Numbered from the stretch's first letter, positions 18,251-30,352 are shown. The stretch is DNA of 64,000 nt from Candidatus Latescibacterota bacterium (GCA_965208105.1 OZ242318.1:4576001-4640000), one strand, 5' to 3'. Program-made: numbers and translations. Notes: generated by a model from the sequence alone, not told the origin.

Positions 18251-18907
18251 ATGGGCATAGATTCCTTCCTTCTCGATCAGTTTGACAAGGGCGGTCCGCT
18301 GATGTGGCCCCTGGCGCTGTGCTCGCTGACGGCGCTCACCGTCGGTCTGGAGCGCCTGTGGGTGCTGCTGCGGGTCCCGGGGGACGAGGGCGCCCGCGCC
18401 GAAATGGAGGCGGTTCTGGCGCGGAAGGAGGAACTGGACGGGGCCGACCTTTTGGCCCACCTGCTTCAGCGCAAGGGGGTGCTGGCGGCGGTCTACGCCG
18501 CGGTGCAGCGCAAGTATCTGGCGCTTTTGGAGGAGGGCCAGGGAGCGGCGGAGCAGCGCGCCGAGCTGGGTCGGGAGGCCAACGCGGCCTGCCGCGAGTA
18601 TCTGGGCCAGTTTCTTCCGGTTCTGAGCACGATTGGCAGCATCGCTCCGCTGTTGGGTCTTCTGGGCACGATCACGGGGATGATCAAGGCCTTTGCGGCC
18701 ATCGCCACGGCGGGGGTGGGGGATCCGAGCCAGGTGGCCGACGGCATCTCGGAGGCGCTGATCACCACGGCGACGGGTCTGATCATCGCGATCCCGGTGA
18801 TCGTGCTGCACCGCTACCTGGCGCTGCGCGCCGGCCGCGTCATGCGGCGCCTGGAGCTCTACACCCAGGCGCTGGGCCGCGCCCTGGTGGAGGAGGAACG
18901 CCGGTGA
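18251..18907 (+). CDS. exbB: MotA/TolQ/ExbB proton channel protein
   Basis: GGPLMWPL...LSTIGSIAPLLGLLGTITGMI...GISEALITTATGLIIAIP. Confidence 0.93.
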   Translation: MGIDSFLLDQFDKGGPLMWPLALCSLTALTVGLERLWVLLRVPGDEGARAEMEAVLARKEELDGADLLAHLLQRKGVLAAVYAAVQRKYLALLEEGQGAAEQRAELGREANAACREYLGQFLPVLSTIGSIAPLLGLLGTITGMIKAFAAIATAGVGDPSQVADGISEALITTATGLIIAIPVIVLHRYLALRAGRVMRRLELYTQALGRALVEEERR

Positions 18908-19335
18908 ACATCTACGACGAAGCCGGGGCCCCCGGCTTCGACCAATCCGACCATCCGGACCTGACGCCCTTGATCGACTGCGTCATGCTGCTGTTGGTGT
19001 TCTTCATGATCACCACGGCCTTCTACGCTTTGCGCGGGCTCGAGGTGGTGATGCCGCCGGTGTCGGCCACCGCGGCCGCGCCGGAGGTCGACCGCGACGT
19101 CAACGTCTACATCGGCCCCTCGGGGGCCATCCAGGTACGCGGCTCCACGGTGGAGCCGGCCCAGTTGGCCGAGGTCTTCAAGGAGGCGGCCGGCGAGGGC
19201 GGCCGGGCCCTGGTGCTGGAGGCGGCGCCCCAGGTCGAGCACGAGCGCGTCGTCCTGGTGATGGACCTGGCGCGCCAAGCGGGGATCCGCGAGGTGATCT
19301 TCGCCCGCATGGAGGAGGAGGGCCATGGACCCTGA
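18904..19335 (+). CDS. exbD: ExbD/TolR family protein 1
   Basis: DLTPLIDCVMLLLVFFMITT; GTG start overlapping the exbB stop. Confidence 0.92.
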   Translation: MNIYDEAGAPGFDQSDHPDLTPLIDCVMLLLVFFMITTAFYALRGLEVVMPPVSATAAAPEVDRDVNVYIGPSGAIQVRGSTVEPAQLAEVFKEAAGEGGRALVLEAAPQVEHERVVLVMDLARQAGIREVIFARMEEEGHGP

Positions 19336-19750
19336 AGGCGAACTTTTCTGGGACGAGATCAAGCCGGACCTCACTCCTCTGATCGACGGGGTGTTTCTGC
19401 TTTTGATTTTCTTCATGGTGACCACCATCTTCGCCCGGCCCATCAGCCTCGAGGTGGAGCTGCCGGCGGCGGCCGATCCGGCCGACGTGAAGGCGCAGCA
19501 CGTCAAGCTCTACGTCACCGACAAGGGGCAGTTGGACCTGGAAGGAGAAAAGATCGACGCGGCAGGGCTGGAAGAGGCGCTGCGGCCCTACGTGGGCGAG
19601 GGCCGGGAAATCAGGCTGACCATTCTGGCCGACCGCCGCACCCCCCACGGCCATACCCTGGAGGCCATGGAGGCGGCGCAGCGCGCCGGGATCCACCGGG
19701 TCTACCTGGCCACCAGGACTCGCAACCCGGGAGAAGGGAGCGCACCGTGA
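19325..19750 (+). CDS. exbD: ExbD/TolR family protein 2
   Basis: DLTPLIDGVFLLLIFFMVTT...ILADRRTPHG. Confidence 0.92.
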   Translation: MDPEGELFWDEIKPDLTPLIDGVFLLLIFFMVTTIFARPISLEVELPAAADPADVKAQHVKLYVTDKGQLDLEGEKIDAAGLEEALRPYVGEGREIRLTILADRRTPHGHTLEAMEAAQRAGIHRVYLATRTRNPGEGSAP

Positions 19751-20481
19751 CCAGGTGGATCCCTGCCGTGATGGCGGCGTGGCTGGTGGCCGCCGGCTGC
19801 GGTCTCCTGCCGGTGCCCAGGTCCCACCTGGTGCGCTTCGCCTTCGTGCCCGGGGAGAGGGCGGCCTACTCCCTCGATGCGGCCGACAGCGCCGCGGTCT
19901 ATCGCACCGAGGGCCTGGTCGTCAAGGTGAGCTACCGCTCGAAGCAGGCCCTCAACCTGGAGTATCCCGACGCCCGCGAGGGCCGGGTCAATCTCAACCC
20001 CTTCACCTACGGCACCCGCATGGACAACGATCTGGGCTACGCCCCGGACCGTTTCACCGTCTTCGAGGTGGACCTCAACAACATCGGCCGGCCGCGGGTC
20101 CAGTTTGCCGCGCGGGACGCCGAGCTGGTCACCGACCGCGGCGACCGGCTGCGTCCCTGGGGCACGCAGAAGGGGGAGGCGGTGCACACCTTCGAGGAGT
20201 ATTACCGCGCCCGGCGCGGCCCGGGGGGCAACGACCAGCAGTGGTACCGGCAGCGTCTGGCCATCGTGGAGAAATCGCTCTACCGCGGTGACGGGCCGTT
20301 GTTCAAGGGGCAGCGGCAGCGCGGCAAGCTGGTGTTCGGCCTTTTGCACCCGGAGGTGGCCTCGGTGCGCCTGCACCTGCGCGAGGTGGTCCTGGCCTTC
20401 GACGAGCACGGGCTGCCCACCGAGCGCATCGATCTGGAGTTTCCCTTCGAGATCAGCGTCGAGGTCGAGGAGCTGGAGTGA
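19747..20481 (+). CDS. Hypothetical lipoprotein
   Basis: Lipobox AAGC; overlaps the exbD2 stop and abuts the next gene; beta-rich. Confidence 0.7.
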   Translation: MTRWIPAVMAAWLVAAGCGLLPVPRSHLVRFAFVPGERAAYSLDAADSAAVYRTEGLVVKVSYRSKQALNLEYPDAREGRVNLNPFTYGTRMDNDLGYAPDRFTVFEVDLNNIGRPRVQFAARDAELVTDRGDRLRPWGTQKGEAVHTFEEYYRARRGPGGNDQQWYRQRLAIVEKSLYRGDGPLFKGQRQRGKLVFGLLHPEVASVRLHLREVVLAFDEHGLPTERIDLEFPFEISVEVEELE

Positions 20482-20492
20482 GTCGGGAAGCA

Positions 20493-23145
20493 ATGGCAAC
20501 TGAAGCAATCATCGGAAAAACGTTGCGCCGAAGCGGTCTTGCCCTGGGGGTGGCCCTGTTGGCGCCGGCCGCCCTGCAGGGAGGCGAGGATCCCCATGCG
20601 CCCCAATTTCTCCAGCGTCCCGCGGCCCATGCCTACGCCAACTACGCGGAGACCCCGTTCAAGCCCTACCGAGCCCGCCTCCGTTACGATCCACGCTACA
20701 ATTTCTTCGGTGAGTACCTGGGGGAAGGATATCGTCCTTTCCTGATGGACGAACGGCGACCGGGCAGAAGTATCGTCACCAAGAACGAGATCTATCGCGC
20801 TACCTTTCAAAATCTCTTGGTTGCCCGCAGCTCCTACAACACTATCAGCGCCGCACTCACCGTGGGCGACGAGATCCGTCAGACCCTTTCTCCCTTGACC
20901 ATGCAGCGCACCGCCTTCAACGGGGTGCGCTGGGAGATTCACTCGCCCGCCCACCGTCTCACCCTGCTGGCCTCGCGCGGCTTCGAGAACAAGGATTTCC
21001 CCGGGTTTTACACCTTCTCAACCCCGGTCAGCGTCGATCCGCTGAGGTACAACTACGACCTGCGCCAGACCAGCGACCTCACCGTAATCGAGAACAACCC
21101 GGTCTATACCTTCGGGGGACACTGGGAAACGGAGATTGCCGGCGCTCTCTCTTTCGGGGCCACCTTCGTCAACCAGCAGCAACTCAACAGCGAGGCGGAC
21201 CGCAAGGACGGCTATCTCCGCGGTGGCGTGCCCTTCCCGGAGATTCAACCGCCCGAGTCCATCGTCCTGCGCTTCGCCGACGATTCCCCCGAGGACGGTG
21301 TCGGCGGGGCGGCCCTGTTCCGCGTTGTGATGGACCTGGAAGGCACCTCTGCGGGGGTGGATACCCTGTTGAGCAGCGATCCCCGCAGTCCCCACTACCG
21401 GCCGGAGCTGGAGCCGGTGGTGGCTGGCGGGAGAAGGGTGCGGGACCACCGGGAGGCCAACGGGATGGACGTGATAACCGTCATCTTCCCCCTGCCGCCG
21501 GATGTGACGCCGCGCCGCGCCCTGTTTCGTTTGGTGGTGGCCAACGACTACCGCATCGAGATCCCCGTCACCGGCACCGGCGGAGGACGGGTCTCCAGCC
21601 TTACCCTGCGCCGCGCCCCCGGCAACGTGCGCGACTTCTCCAACCAGACCGAAATCGCGGTGGACCACGGGCTCAATTCGGGGCCAGACCCTCTACGGGG
21701 TCGATTTCAGCGCCGATCTGGTGGGGCTCAAGGTGCGCGGCGAGATCGCCGCCAATACTCTCTACCGCAAATTTCCCGTGCTCGGCGGCCATAACGACGA
21801 CACCCACAGCCGCGCCTGGTACCTGAATCTGATGCGCACTCTGCCCCGTTTCCACCGGCTCCAGGTGGGGGCGGAGTTCTTCCGCATCGGGCCCCGGTAC
21901 GGGGGCGGCTACGACAGCCGCCGAGGCGGGGTGGTGCTCTACCGCGGCAAGGGAAACAGGGTGGCGGAATTTCCCCTGGTGGACGACAACGACGACCGCG
22001 ACCGCTACGCCGATGACAATGTCAATGATTTCTTCGGGGGCCCGGCCAAGGAGGCGGGGGTCTTTCCCGGCCTCGACGAGGACAACGACAATATTCCCGA
22101 CAACGACCGCAACGCCAACGGGGTCCCTGATTTTGAGGAGCCCTTCCTGCTCTACGATTCCGATCCACAGGAGTTCGTCTACGGTCTCGACATGAACAAC
22201 AACGGCGTCATCGACGCCCGCGAGAACGACGACAAGCCGGAATATCCCTACGACCGCGACCGCGAAGGGAAGCACTTAACCGCCGCGGTTCGTCCACTGC
22301 CCGGACTGGAGTTGGGCGCCGGCTACTACCGCCTCCGCGCCATCGCCGCCGGCGGAAGGGCCCTTTCCGCCTACCTGCGCGCCGCCTACCGCCATGACCT
22401 GCCCGGGCATTTCACCCTGGACCTCAACCACGACTCCAAGCGGGTCAAGGATACCATCCCGGATCCCGTGTACCTCTTTCATCCCGGCCGCGTTCCCGAC
22501 CCTCTGGAGCCGCTGGGCGCGCCCGACCCGGATCCACTACTGCAGAAAAACAGCCGGGTCCACACCTCCTTCTTCGGCCTGCGCTACACCCGTTTCGCCC
22601 CGCTCAACCTCGAGACCACGGTGAAGCGCGTTTACAACCGCATGTTCGCTGCGGGGGGCACGGCAGGGTCGGCACCGGACACCCGGGTGGACTACACCAT
22701 GGTGAACAAGGTGGACTACCGCTGGCAGTGGAGGCGCTTCGTCCTGCGTCCCATGTACAAACGGCTGTGGCAGCGCTTGACCCTGGACTCGCACAGGAGG
22801 CCGCTGGTGTGGGAGGTCCGGGCGGCTCCGATCCTGCGTCTGGACTACGTGGTGAGCGACGAAATCATGGTGCAGGTGGGGCAGCAGGGATTTCGGCTGC
22901 CCTTTCTCGGCATCCGCCGCGGTCTTGCCTTCCGCTCCATCGACCGGGTGGAGTCCTTCCGCAGCCATTCCTCTACCGACTTCCTGGCGATGTTGACGAT
23001 CAAATCCACCTATGTGGGCAGCAGCATTGTCGCCAACACCGGTTTTCATCGCCACAAGGCCGAGTTCGACGATCCCCGGGTGGAGGAGAAGCGCAAGTTT
23101 ACCCGGCTCTTCGTCGAGGTGGTCACCGGATTCGAGCGATTTTGA
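20493..23145 (+). pseudogene. Putative outer-membrane barrel paralog B, split by a +1 frameshift near 21680-21683
   Basis: ORFs 20478-21794 and 21721-23145 align to the N- and C-terminal halves of paralog A. Removing one G from TCGGGGCCAG restores GLNSGQTLYGVDFSADLVGLKVRGE, matching A's GLNSGQILYGMDFAADLAGLKLRGE. Confidence 0.8.
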
Positions 23146-23224
23146 GTTTGCGGGAAGGGCTTTGTTCCCCGGCTTAAGCGCCGAAGGCGGCCTCGAGGAT
23201 GCGGTCCAGGTCTCACCTCACTGC

Positions 23225-23254
23225 TTGACATTGTCCATGGCCCCGTGATATCTC
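23225..23254 (+). promoter_or_regulatory. Sigma70-like promoter for the ABC exporter operon (possibly leaderless)
   Basis: TTGACA-N18-TATCTC with an extended -10 TG; the ATG follows the -10 after a 6-bp gap. Confidence 0.45.
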
Positions 23255-23260
23255 TGGGGA

Positions 23261-25006
23261 ATGATCGACTCCCTCAAAGACTACTGCGCCCTCCTGGTCA
23301 GATATCTCCGGCCCTACCGGGGGAAACTGCTGTTGCTCGCCGTGCTGCTGGTCGGCGGCACCGGTCTGCAGGCTGCGGTTCCTCTGGCCATACGCTACTT
23401 CATAGACACGGCCACGGCCCAGGGTGCCCTCAGCCAGCTGTACCTGGCCGCATTGCTGTTCCTGGCCGGCGGCTTTGTGTCGCAGCTCCTGCCCGCATTG
23501 TCCACCTACGTCGGGGAGGACATATCCTGGCGCGCCACGAACCGGCTCAGGTCCGATCTTACCTCTCACGTGCTGCGCCTGGACATGTCCTTTCACAACG
23601 CGCGCACCACCGGTGAACTGATTGAACGCATCGACGGCGACGTGACCAAGCTGGCCAACTTCTTCTCGGCCTTCGCCGTCCGCCTGTTGGGCAGCTTCCT
23701 GTGGGCCCTCGGCATCGTGATCGCCCTCGGGTGGGTGGACTGGAGACTGGGTCTGGCCCTGGCCGCCTTTATCGTCGTCTACCTGGTTGCCAGCTCCAGG
23801 GTGTACGGTCGGGCGGTGTCCCGCTGGCACGCCGAAAGCGAAAACAGGGCGGAGCTCTACGGCTATCTCGGAGACCGGGTCCCCGGGATAAAGGACATTC
23901 GCACCTGTGGGGCCATAGAGTACGTCATGCGGGGCTTCCACTCCGGTTTGAGAGATGCATTCAAAGCACTTGTGCGCGCCTGCAGGGCAGAGGCCGTGGG
24001 AATGTACGTGGCCCACATGACCTGGTTTCTGGCCTACGCCGCCGCTCTGGCTCTGGGGATCTTTTTGTTCCAGAGAGCGGAAATTACCATCGGGACCGTA
24101 TACCTGATTCTCCACTACCTGGAATCGATACGGTCTCCCATCACCCAGGTCGTCAGCGAGATAGAAGACCTGCAGCGGGCCAGGGCCAGCATCGCCCGGG
24201 TCAGGGAGCTCCTCGCCGTCCACTCCGGTCTGGCGGATGGCAAAAGAGCCTTACTTCCCGACGCCGGTCTCTCGGTGCAACTTGACCGCGTCTCATTTTC
24301 CTACCACGCGAATAATCGAGTGCTGGGCGATATCTCCCTCGACATCTCCGCGGGAAGGGCGGTGGGCGTGCTGGGACGCACGGGAAGCGGCAAGACCACC
24401 TTGTCGCGGCTGCTGTTCCGCCTCTATGATCCGGACCGGGGCGCCATTCGCCTGAACGGCGTGGACATCCGCGACCTTCCCCTGGGACATCTGCGCCGGC
24501 GCCTGGGAATGGTGACTCAGGACGTACAACTGTTCCAGGCCACGGTGAGGGACAATCTCACCCTGTTCGATCCCCTCGTCGGCGATGACCGCATCCTCGA
24601 GAACCTGGAGCAGCTCGGTCTGGGCAGGTGGTACGGTGCGCTGCCTCGGGGGCTCGATACGGAACTGGCGGCCGGCGGCGGCGGATTTTCGGCGGGCGAG
24701 GCTCAGCTCTTCGCCTTCGCCCGGGTGTTCCTGAAAGATCCGCGGCTGGTGATTTTGGACGAGGCGACCTCGCGCCTGGATCCAGACACCGAGCGCCTCA
24801 TAGAGAGGGCGGTGGAAGGGCTTGTTGCGGGGCGCACGGCTCTCATCATCGCCCACCGCCTGGCCACGGTGCAGAGGCTCGACGACATCGTGATTCTGGA
24901 AAGGGGACGCATCGAGGAGTGCGGGGAGCGCAAATCCCTTATGGCCGATCCGCACTCGCGATTCTCCCGGTTGCTGCAGACGGGATTGGAGGAGGCGCTG
25001 GCATGA
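23261..25006 (+). CDS. ABC exporter, fused permease/ATPase subunit 1
   Basis: TM domain; Walker A GRTGSGKT; signature FSAGEAQL; Walker B ILDEATS; IAHRL. Confidence 0.95.
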   Translation: MIDSLKDYCALLVRYLRPYRGKLLLLAVLLVGGTGLQAAVPLAIRYFIDTATAQGALSQLYLAALLFLAGGFVSQLLPALSTYVGEDISWRATNRLRSDLTSHVLRLDMSFHNARTTGELIERIDGDVTKLANFFSAFAVRLLGSFLWALGIVIALGWVDWRLGLALAAFIVVYLVASSRVYGRAVSRWHAESENRAELYGYLGDRVPGIKDIRTCGAIEYVMRGFHSGLRDAFKALVRACRAEAVGMYVAHMTWFLAYAAALALGIFLFQRAEITIGTVYLILHYLESIRSPITQVVSEIEDLQRARASIARVRELLAVHSGLADGKRALLPDAGLSVQLDRVSFSYHANNRVLGDISLDISAGRAVGVLGRTGSGKTTLSRLLFRLYDPDRGAIRLNGVDIRDLPLGHLRRRLGMVTQDVQLFQATVRDNLTLFDPLVGDDRILENLEQLGLGRWYGALPRGLDTELAAGGGGFSAGEAQLFAFARVFLKDPRLVILDEATSRLDPDTERLIERAVEGLVAGRTALIIAHRLATVQRLDDIVILERGRIEECGERKSLMADPHSRFSRLLQTGLEEALA

Positions 25007-26760
25007 GTACGAACGGCTACCTCTGGCGCCTGCTGCGCTACAAGCCCGCTCTGTTCGCCCTTTCCCTGGCGCTGTCCATGGCCGTCTGGTCGTTCGCGTT
25101 GTTGCTCGGACTGATTCTGCGGGAGATTTTCAATGCCCTGAGCGGACAAGCCCCGGCGGCGTTCGACGCGTGGACCCTGGTGGCGTTCTTCGTCGTCGTC
25201 AACGTGGTATTCGAAGCCCTGGCGGTGTGGTTCCAGGTGGTCCATCCCCGGCTGGGAGCGTATCTGCAGTCCATATTGTCGAGGAACATGCTCGAGATCA
25301 TCCTGAAGAATCCCCCATCCCGCAGGGACGTCAGCACCGGCGATATGGTCAATCGTTTCAGGGATGACACCCGCGGCGTCGTCTCGCCCATAATGATGGT
25401 TCAATCGGTTGTGGGACGGATGTCCTCCCTGGTAATCGCCCTCTATATCATGGCCAGCATCCAGCCCCTGCTCACCGTAGTGGCCATCGCTCCGACCTTT
25501 GCCAACATCCTGGTGATCAGGGCTCTTTCGGCGAGGATCAGAACGCGCTGGCAGGAGAGCCGCGAGATGACCAGCCGATTCACCGGTCTTCTCGGCGAGC
25601 TGCTCGGCGGTGTCCAGGCCCTCAAGGTGGCGGCCACCGAAGAACAGGCGGTGAATCATCTCGATCGGAAAAGCGAGTCGAGGCGGCGGGCGGCGTTGAG
25701 CGCAACCGCCCTGGACGCGGCCATGACCGCGGTCAACGGGGCCACCATTACGCTGACCACCGGAGCCCTGATGGTCGCCTCGGCGCAGCTCATGCGGGAG
25801 GGCAGCTTCACGGTGGGGGACTTCGCCCTGTTCATGACCTACGTGGGGCAGCGGTCGGTGTTCTCGAGTTCGGACGCCATCGGATGGGCCATCGTCCAGT
25901 ACAAGAGGACGAAGGTGGCTTTGGAGCGGCTGTTCGACCTCCTTCCCCCTGCTTCCAGGCAGTCCCTGGTGGACCATCGCCCCCTGTACTTCGACGGCGA
26001 GATTCCAGCCGCTGCCCCACCGGAGCGGCATCCGGGCTCGAAGCTGGCTCACCTTGCCGTTCGGAATTTGAGCTATCGCTATCCCGAGTCGGGCAGAGGC
26101 ATAGTGGATATCAGTCTGGAACTCGACAGAGGCTCGTTCACCGTGGTCACCGGGAGAATCGGAGCGGGCAAGACGACGCTGCTGGAGGTGTTGCTGGGGC
26201 TGTTGCCGCGGGATGGAGGCGAGATCCTCTGGAACGGGGAAAGGGTGGAGGACCCGGGGGAATTTCTGGTGCCGCCCCTTTGCGCCTACACCCCGCAGGT
26301 GCCTCGTCTGTTCAGCGATACCCTGCGCAACAACATTCTGCTTGGTCTGCCGGAGGACAAGGTCGACTTGCCCGGTGCGGTCCGGCTGAGTGTCATGGAG
26401 CAGGACGTCGCCCAGTTGGACCACGGCCTGGACACGGTGATCGGTCCCAGGGGAGTGAAGCTGTCCGGTGGTCAGGGTCAGCGCACCGCGGCAGCCCGCA
26501 TGTTCGTGCGCGCACCCGATCTCATGGTCTTTGACGATCTTTCCAGTGCACTCGACGTCCAGACGGAGAAAAAGCTGTGGGACCGCCTGTTCCAGACGGA
26601 GGGGATCACCTGCCTGGTGGTCTCCCATCGGCGCACCGCATTGCGCCGTGCCGACCATGTCGTCGTTCTCAAGGACGGAAGGGTAGAAGAGGTGGGGAAG
26701 CTGAACGAGCTGTTGGAATCCAGCGCCGAGATGCAGCGGCTGTGGAGAGGAGAGCTATGA
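25003..26760 (+). CDS. ABC exporter, fused permease/ATPase subunit 2
   Basis: GRIGAGKT; LSGGQ; degenerate Walker [11 protein letters not shown]; ATGA overlap with subunit 1. Confidence 0.95.
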   Translation: MSTNGYLWRLLRYKPALFALSLALSMAVWSFALLLGLILREIFNALSGQAPAAFDAWTLVAFFVVVNVVFEALAVWFQVVHPRLGAYLQSILSRNMLEIILKNPPSRRDVSTGDMVNRFRDDTRGVVSPIMMVQSVVGRMSSLVIALYIMASIQPLLTVVAIAPTFANILVIRALSARIRTRWQESREMTSRFTGLLGELLGGVQALKVAATEEQAVNHLDRKSESRRRAALSATALDAAMTAVNGATITLTTGALMVASAQLMREGSFTVGDFALFMTYVGQRSVFSSSDAIGWAIVQYKRTKVALERLFDLLPPASRQSLVDHRPLYFDGEIPAAAPPERHPGSKLAHLAVRNLSYRYPESGRGIVDISLELDRGSFTVVTGRIGAGKTTLLEVLLGLLPRDGGEILWNGERVEDPGEFLVPPLCAYTPQVPRLFSDTLRNNILLGLPEDKVDLPGAVRLSVMEQDVAQLDHGLDTVIGPRGVKLSGGQGQRTAAARMFVRAPDLMVFDDLSSALDVQTEKKLWDRLFQTEGITCLVVSHRRTALRRADHVVVLKDGRVEEVGKLNELLESSAEMQRLWRGEL

Positions 26761-28823
26761 GAACAAGCTGCGTGCGCATGGTGGTCGTCTTCCTCTGCCT
26801 GTTCGTCCCGGTCTGCTCCCGGGGCGGAGATTTATCTGAACTCCCGGTGGAGAGGCGCGTGGTGAACGCTTTGCGCACCGAAGAGAAGATCCTGGTCGAC
26901 GGAAATTTGTCAGAGAAGGACTGGGAGCGCGCCGACAAGGCCAGGGACTTTTTTCGAGTGCAGCCGGACCGGGGTGTCCTGGCGGAATTGAGCACGGAAG
27001 CGATGGTGCTGTACGACGATGCCACCCTGTATGTAGGTTTCCGCTGCTTCGAACCGGACATGACCCGGCTGCGCGAGACCCTGACCCGCAGGGACGCGGA
27101 AATCTGGAAGGACGACGGGGTGGAAGTCATTCTGGATACATACGACGACGACCGCAACGGCTACGTGTTCGCCGTCAACACCCTGGGAACGCAGATGGAC
27201 GAGCACATCGGCAACGAGTCCGTCTTCTCCCTGACCTGGGATGCCCGCTGGGAAGCCCGGGTGATGAAAAGAGAGGACTTCTGGTCCGCCGAATTCGCCA
27301 TACCGTTCTCCGAGCTGCGCTTCTCCACGGACAGCTCCACCTGGGGGATTAATTTCTGGCGCAACCATCCCATAGACGGGGAATCGTATTCCTGGTCCGA
27401 TACGGGGAGAAATTTCGGCCGGATTTCAGAGTTCGGCGAGCTGCGGGGCCTGTCATTCGGCGCCGCGTCGAAGGGGAGGAAACTGGGCATTCTCCCCTAC
27501 GCCACCTACCGGGCCCTGGAGGGTTTGCCCGACGACCGTGGCTACGGAGTGGATTTTCTCATCCAACCCTCGACCAACTTGACCTCGAACATCACCGTCA
27601 ATCCCGATTTTTCCCAACTGGAAAGCGATCCGACGCAGATCAATGTCTCCGACGACCGAGAGCTGTCCCTTCCCGAGCGCCGGCCTTTCTTCCGCGAAGG
27701 CGCCGATCTCTTCCAGCTTCCTCTCAACCTGTTCTACAGCCGCCGGGTGCAGGAGATCGATTTCGGCCTGAAAACCACGGGAAAGGTGGGAACCTACAAC
27801 CTGGTGCTCCTCAACACCTACGGGCGCATGGTGGACCGCTACGAAGACGACCGCAAAAGGCAGGCGAACCTGTTCAACCTGCGCCTCAACCGCGACATCG
27901 GGGACCGCGCCGTGGTCGGCGTCATGGGCATTCAAAAGCACCAGGCCGACCGCGACTTCAGCCTGCTCTCACTCAACAGCCGGGTCGCTTTGCAAAGGGA
28001 CTGGTCCGCCCAGTTGCAGTCGGTGGTGAATCACGTGGAGGGAAGGCCGAACTGGGCTTACCACGCGTCGACCAGATGGACCAACGAGCGCGGTTGGTTT
28101 GGGAATCTGGCGGTGGAGGAGATAGAGAACGGATTCCGCCCCAACGAAACCGGGTTGACGGACGAAGCCTATCGCAAATTGAACGGTCAGATCGGCTACC
28201 GCCACAAGTATCCAGAAGGCAGCAGACTGAGATGGTATCAACTGAGGTATGGCATCTTCTACCAGACCGACGAGGAAAGGAAGCTGCGAGAAGGGTTTTC
28301 GTCTTTCTGGGGAGGATTCGATGTCGGCCGCTTCGACTTCATCGCTTCGAGCTATCTTGGTAAACAAGGCGACGGCGGCATCCAGTACGACTTGAAGGTG
28401 CTCAACCTCCAAGCCGGATACAATTCAACCTGGAACAGGCTCGTGCTGTTCAGCAGATTCGCCAAGCGCCTTGACAGCGGCATCCGCCAAGTCCTCGTTT
28501 TCGGCGATGCCAATCTGCTCGAAAAGGTGACCATCGATTTCTTCGGAGAAAGGACGCACTGGCGCGGACACCGGAAAACCCGGCTCGTGCGGCTCAAGGC
28601 GAACTACCAGTTCCACAAAAAAATGGGCAGTCGGCTGTATGTCGAGCGCGTGGACGAGCAACTGCTGAAGGAGGTGAGCTACAATTTCAACTGGGTCCTC
28701 GACTACGAATTCACCCCGGAGAGTCATTTCTACCTCGTCTTCGTGCACGACCGGGAAAGCCGCCGGGCGATGTTCGTCAAGCTGGCCTACCTTTTCGACT
28801 CGAACCTCCTTGTCCGGCGCTGA
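26757..28823 (+). CDS. CBM9-like/DUF5916 outer-membrane protein, copy 1
   Basis: [51 protein letters not shown] and LFYSRR motifs. Confidence 0.85.
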   Translation: MRTSCVRMVVVFLCLFVPVCSRGGDLSELPVERRVVNALRTEEKILVDGNLSEKDWERADKARDFFRVQPDRGVLAELSTEAMVLYDDATLYVGFRCFEPDMTRLRETLTRRDAEIWKDDGVEVILDTYDDDRNGYVFAVNTLGTQMDEHIGNESVFSLTWDARWEARVMKREDFWSAEFAIPFSELRFSTDSSTWGINFWRNHPIDGESYSWSDTGRNFGRISEFGELRGLSFGAASKGRKLGILPYATYRALEGLPDDRGYGVDFLIQPSTNLTSNITVNPDFSQLESDPTQINVSDDRELSLPERRPFFREGADLFQLPLNLFYSRRVQEIDFGLKTTGKVGTYNLVLLNTYGRMVDRYEDDRKRQANLFNLRLNRDIGDRAVVGVMGIQKHQADRDFSLLSLNSRVALQRDWSAQLQSVVNHVEGRPNWAYHASTRWTNERGWFGNLAVEEIENGFRPNETGLTDEAYRKLNGQIGYRHKYPEGSRLRWYQLRYGIFYQTDEERKLREGFSSFWGGFDVGRFDFIASSYLGKQGDGGIQYDLKVLNLQAGYNSTWNRLVLFSRFAKRLDSGIRQVLVFGDANLLEKVTIDFFGERTHWRGHRKTRLVRLKANYQFHKKMGSRLYVERVDEQLLKEVSYNFNWVLDYEFTPESHFYLVFVHDRESRRAMFVKLAYLFDSNLLVRR

Positions 28824-28868
28824 TCCGGGATTGAGGTTGTGGGGTACAAACGTATGTTCAATTCAGCT

Positions 28869-29034
28869 TAGTGTCCCGTCGCAGAGATAGGTTGACGAAA
28901 TTGGGCCGCCGAGGCGCCCGGCTCACCAGGCGCCTGAGCGAGTCGTACTAGTGGTGTACGGCGAGTGAAGGCAACGCCGTGAGCCGGGATGGATCGGCGG
29001 AATAATGGCAACATATCTCTGCGACGGGACACTA
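28869..29034. mobile_element. 166-bp MITE, copy 1
   Basis: Terminal inverted repeats TAGTGTCCCGTCGCAGAGATA...TATCTCTGCGACGGGACACTA; no ORF; second copy at 34528-34693. Confidence 0.85.
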
Positions 29035-29174
29035 GGACCACTTGGCGACATTTGCCCGAATTGGTTGCCGGTGATAGCTAGTTATGAGAAAAGCAAGACC
29101 AAAATATTAGAATCGAGGGCTTCCTAGGCGACACTATACGAATCAGCAAAATGCCGTGAAGGCTGGATTCATTT

Positions 29175-29720
29175 ATGATTGATAGATTGGAGATTGATAT
29201 GCCAGAAGATGAAAATGTACTGATAGAGCAGCTGGTTGCTACACACCCGTCCTGGGAGACCTTTATAGCGTTCGCTGACGAACGAGGAGAAGGAAGCGGA
29301 CTTGACGCCAAGACCTGCGAATACCATTCGGGGCCATTCACCCTTGTGGCCTATGTTGGCGATAAGATGGTCGGTTATCTGAGGTTCTGGACGCAACAGA
29401 TTGGGATCGATGAGGACAAGCCCGGGCTCGAGCGCAACGGCCGGCCGGTGCACGAAGCCAAGGTTGTTGCTTTCTTCGTCAGACCTGGGTATCGCCGTCG
29501 CGGTATAGGAAGACGCCTGAAGCAATCGGCAATCTCTTGGGCAGGTGACCTTGAATGCTACCAGGTACGAGAGCGCAGCTGTTACAGCAACATCGAAAAT
29601 CACGCTCTCAACATATCCATGGGATTTGGGATGCAGCCGGCTGTCAACGAGGATGAAGGTGATTGCAGTGCCTACTTCATGCTGCCGGTGAACGCACTCA
29701 TGTCGGAGGCGGCATCCTGA
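29175..29720 (+). CDS. GNAT family N-acetyltransferase
   Basis: Motif A FFVRPGYRRRGIGRRL; ALNISMGF. Confidence 0.85.
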   Translation: MIDRLEIDMPEDENVLIEQLVATHPSWETFIAFADERGEGSGLDAKTCEYHSGPFTLVAYVGDKMVGYLRFWTQQIGIDEDKPGLERNGRPVHEAKVVAFFVRPGYRRRGIGRRLKQSAISWAGDLECYQVRERSCYSNIENHALNISMGFGMQPAVNEDEGDCSAYFMLPVNALMSEAAS

Positions 29721-29843
29721 ATTCGGATGGCGGAGCCGACCGACCTCGTTGGTCACACCGTCATATAACAACCGCTTCCGCTGCTTTGCCCGCGGTAAGG
29801 CTTATTTGACAATAACAATCGAGAATCTCGAGTACAGGAGGAC

Positions 29844-30212
29844 ATGATGCCGAAACCACCAAAGACCGAGGTGAATCAGGTGATACAGGGTGCACCCGTC
29901 ATCCAGGTTCCCGATCCCCAATCGACGGCGGAGTACTACCGCGACGTATTTGGATTCGAGTTCGACTTCAGTCATGATTCAGGCTTTTATACCGTTGTGT
30001 GGCGCGACAATGCCGCCATTCATTTCGTCAGAGGCGAAGAACCCGCAACAGGAGTCCGTATTTTCCTCTGGGTGAAGGACGCTGACGAGGTATTTGCCGA
30101 GTTCAGCAAGGCTGGGGCAAACATCACCGTTGATATCGGGGACCGCGATTATGGAGTACGAGACTTCGGCGTCGTGGATTGCAATGGACTGGATATTTCT
30201 GTCGGGCATTGA
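29844..30212 (+). CDS. VOC/glyoxalase/bleomycin-resistance family protein
   Basis: EYYRDVFGF...DYGVRDFGVVDCNG. Confidence 0.85.
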   Translation: MMPKPPKTEVNQVIQGAPVIQVPDPQSTAEYYRDVFGFEFDFSHDSGFYTVVWRDNAAIHFVRGEEPATGVRIFLWVKDADEVFAEFSKAGANITVDIGDRDYGVRDFGVVDCNGLDISVGH

Positions 30213-30244
30213 AGAGAGGACTGTTCGGTTCCCGTGCTGAGGTG

Positions 30245-30352
30245 CGACGAAGCCCGGTATCAAGTATCAGCACGAATTGCGCTGCGACCCTGGGGCGGCC
30301 TGGCCCATCGGGCAATTCCTTCGCGGGTTCGCATACCGGAAGACCTTGCATG
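30245..30352 (+). repeat. Degenerate attC-like intergenic element
   Basis: CCGGTAT...ATACCGG outer stem; internal TGGCCCATCGGGCAA core shared with other spacers. Confidence 0.4.

Noticed and set aside
15188-18811. 1207-aa minus-strand ORF, and similar long ORFs at 5047-6522, 9095-10423, 13351-15297, 13535-15184, 24703-26658, 43982-46570 and 48687-50321
   Set aside because: Antisense or alternative-frame shadows of clear genes, expected in high-GC DNA; no recognisable motifs.
23261-26760. Degenerate ABC motifs as a novelty
   Set aside because: One degenerate ATP site is the normal state for heterodimeric ABC exporters.
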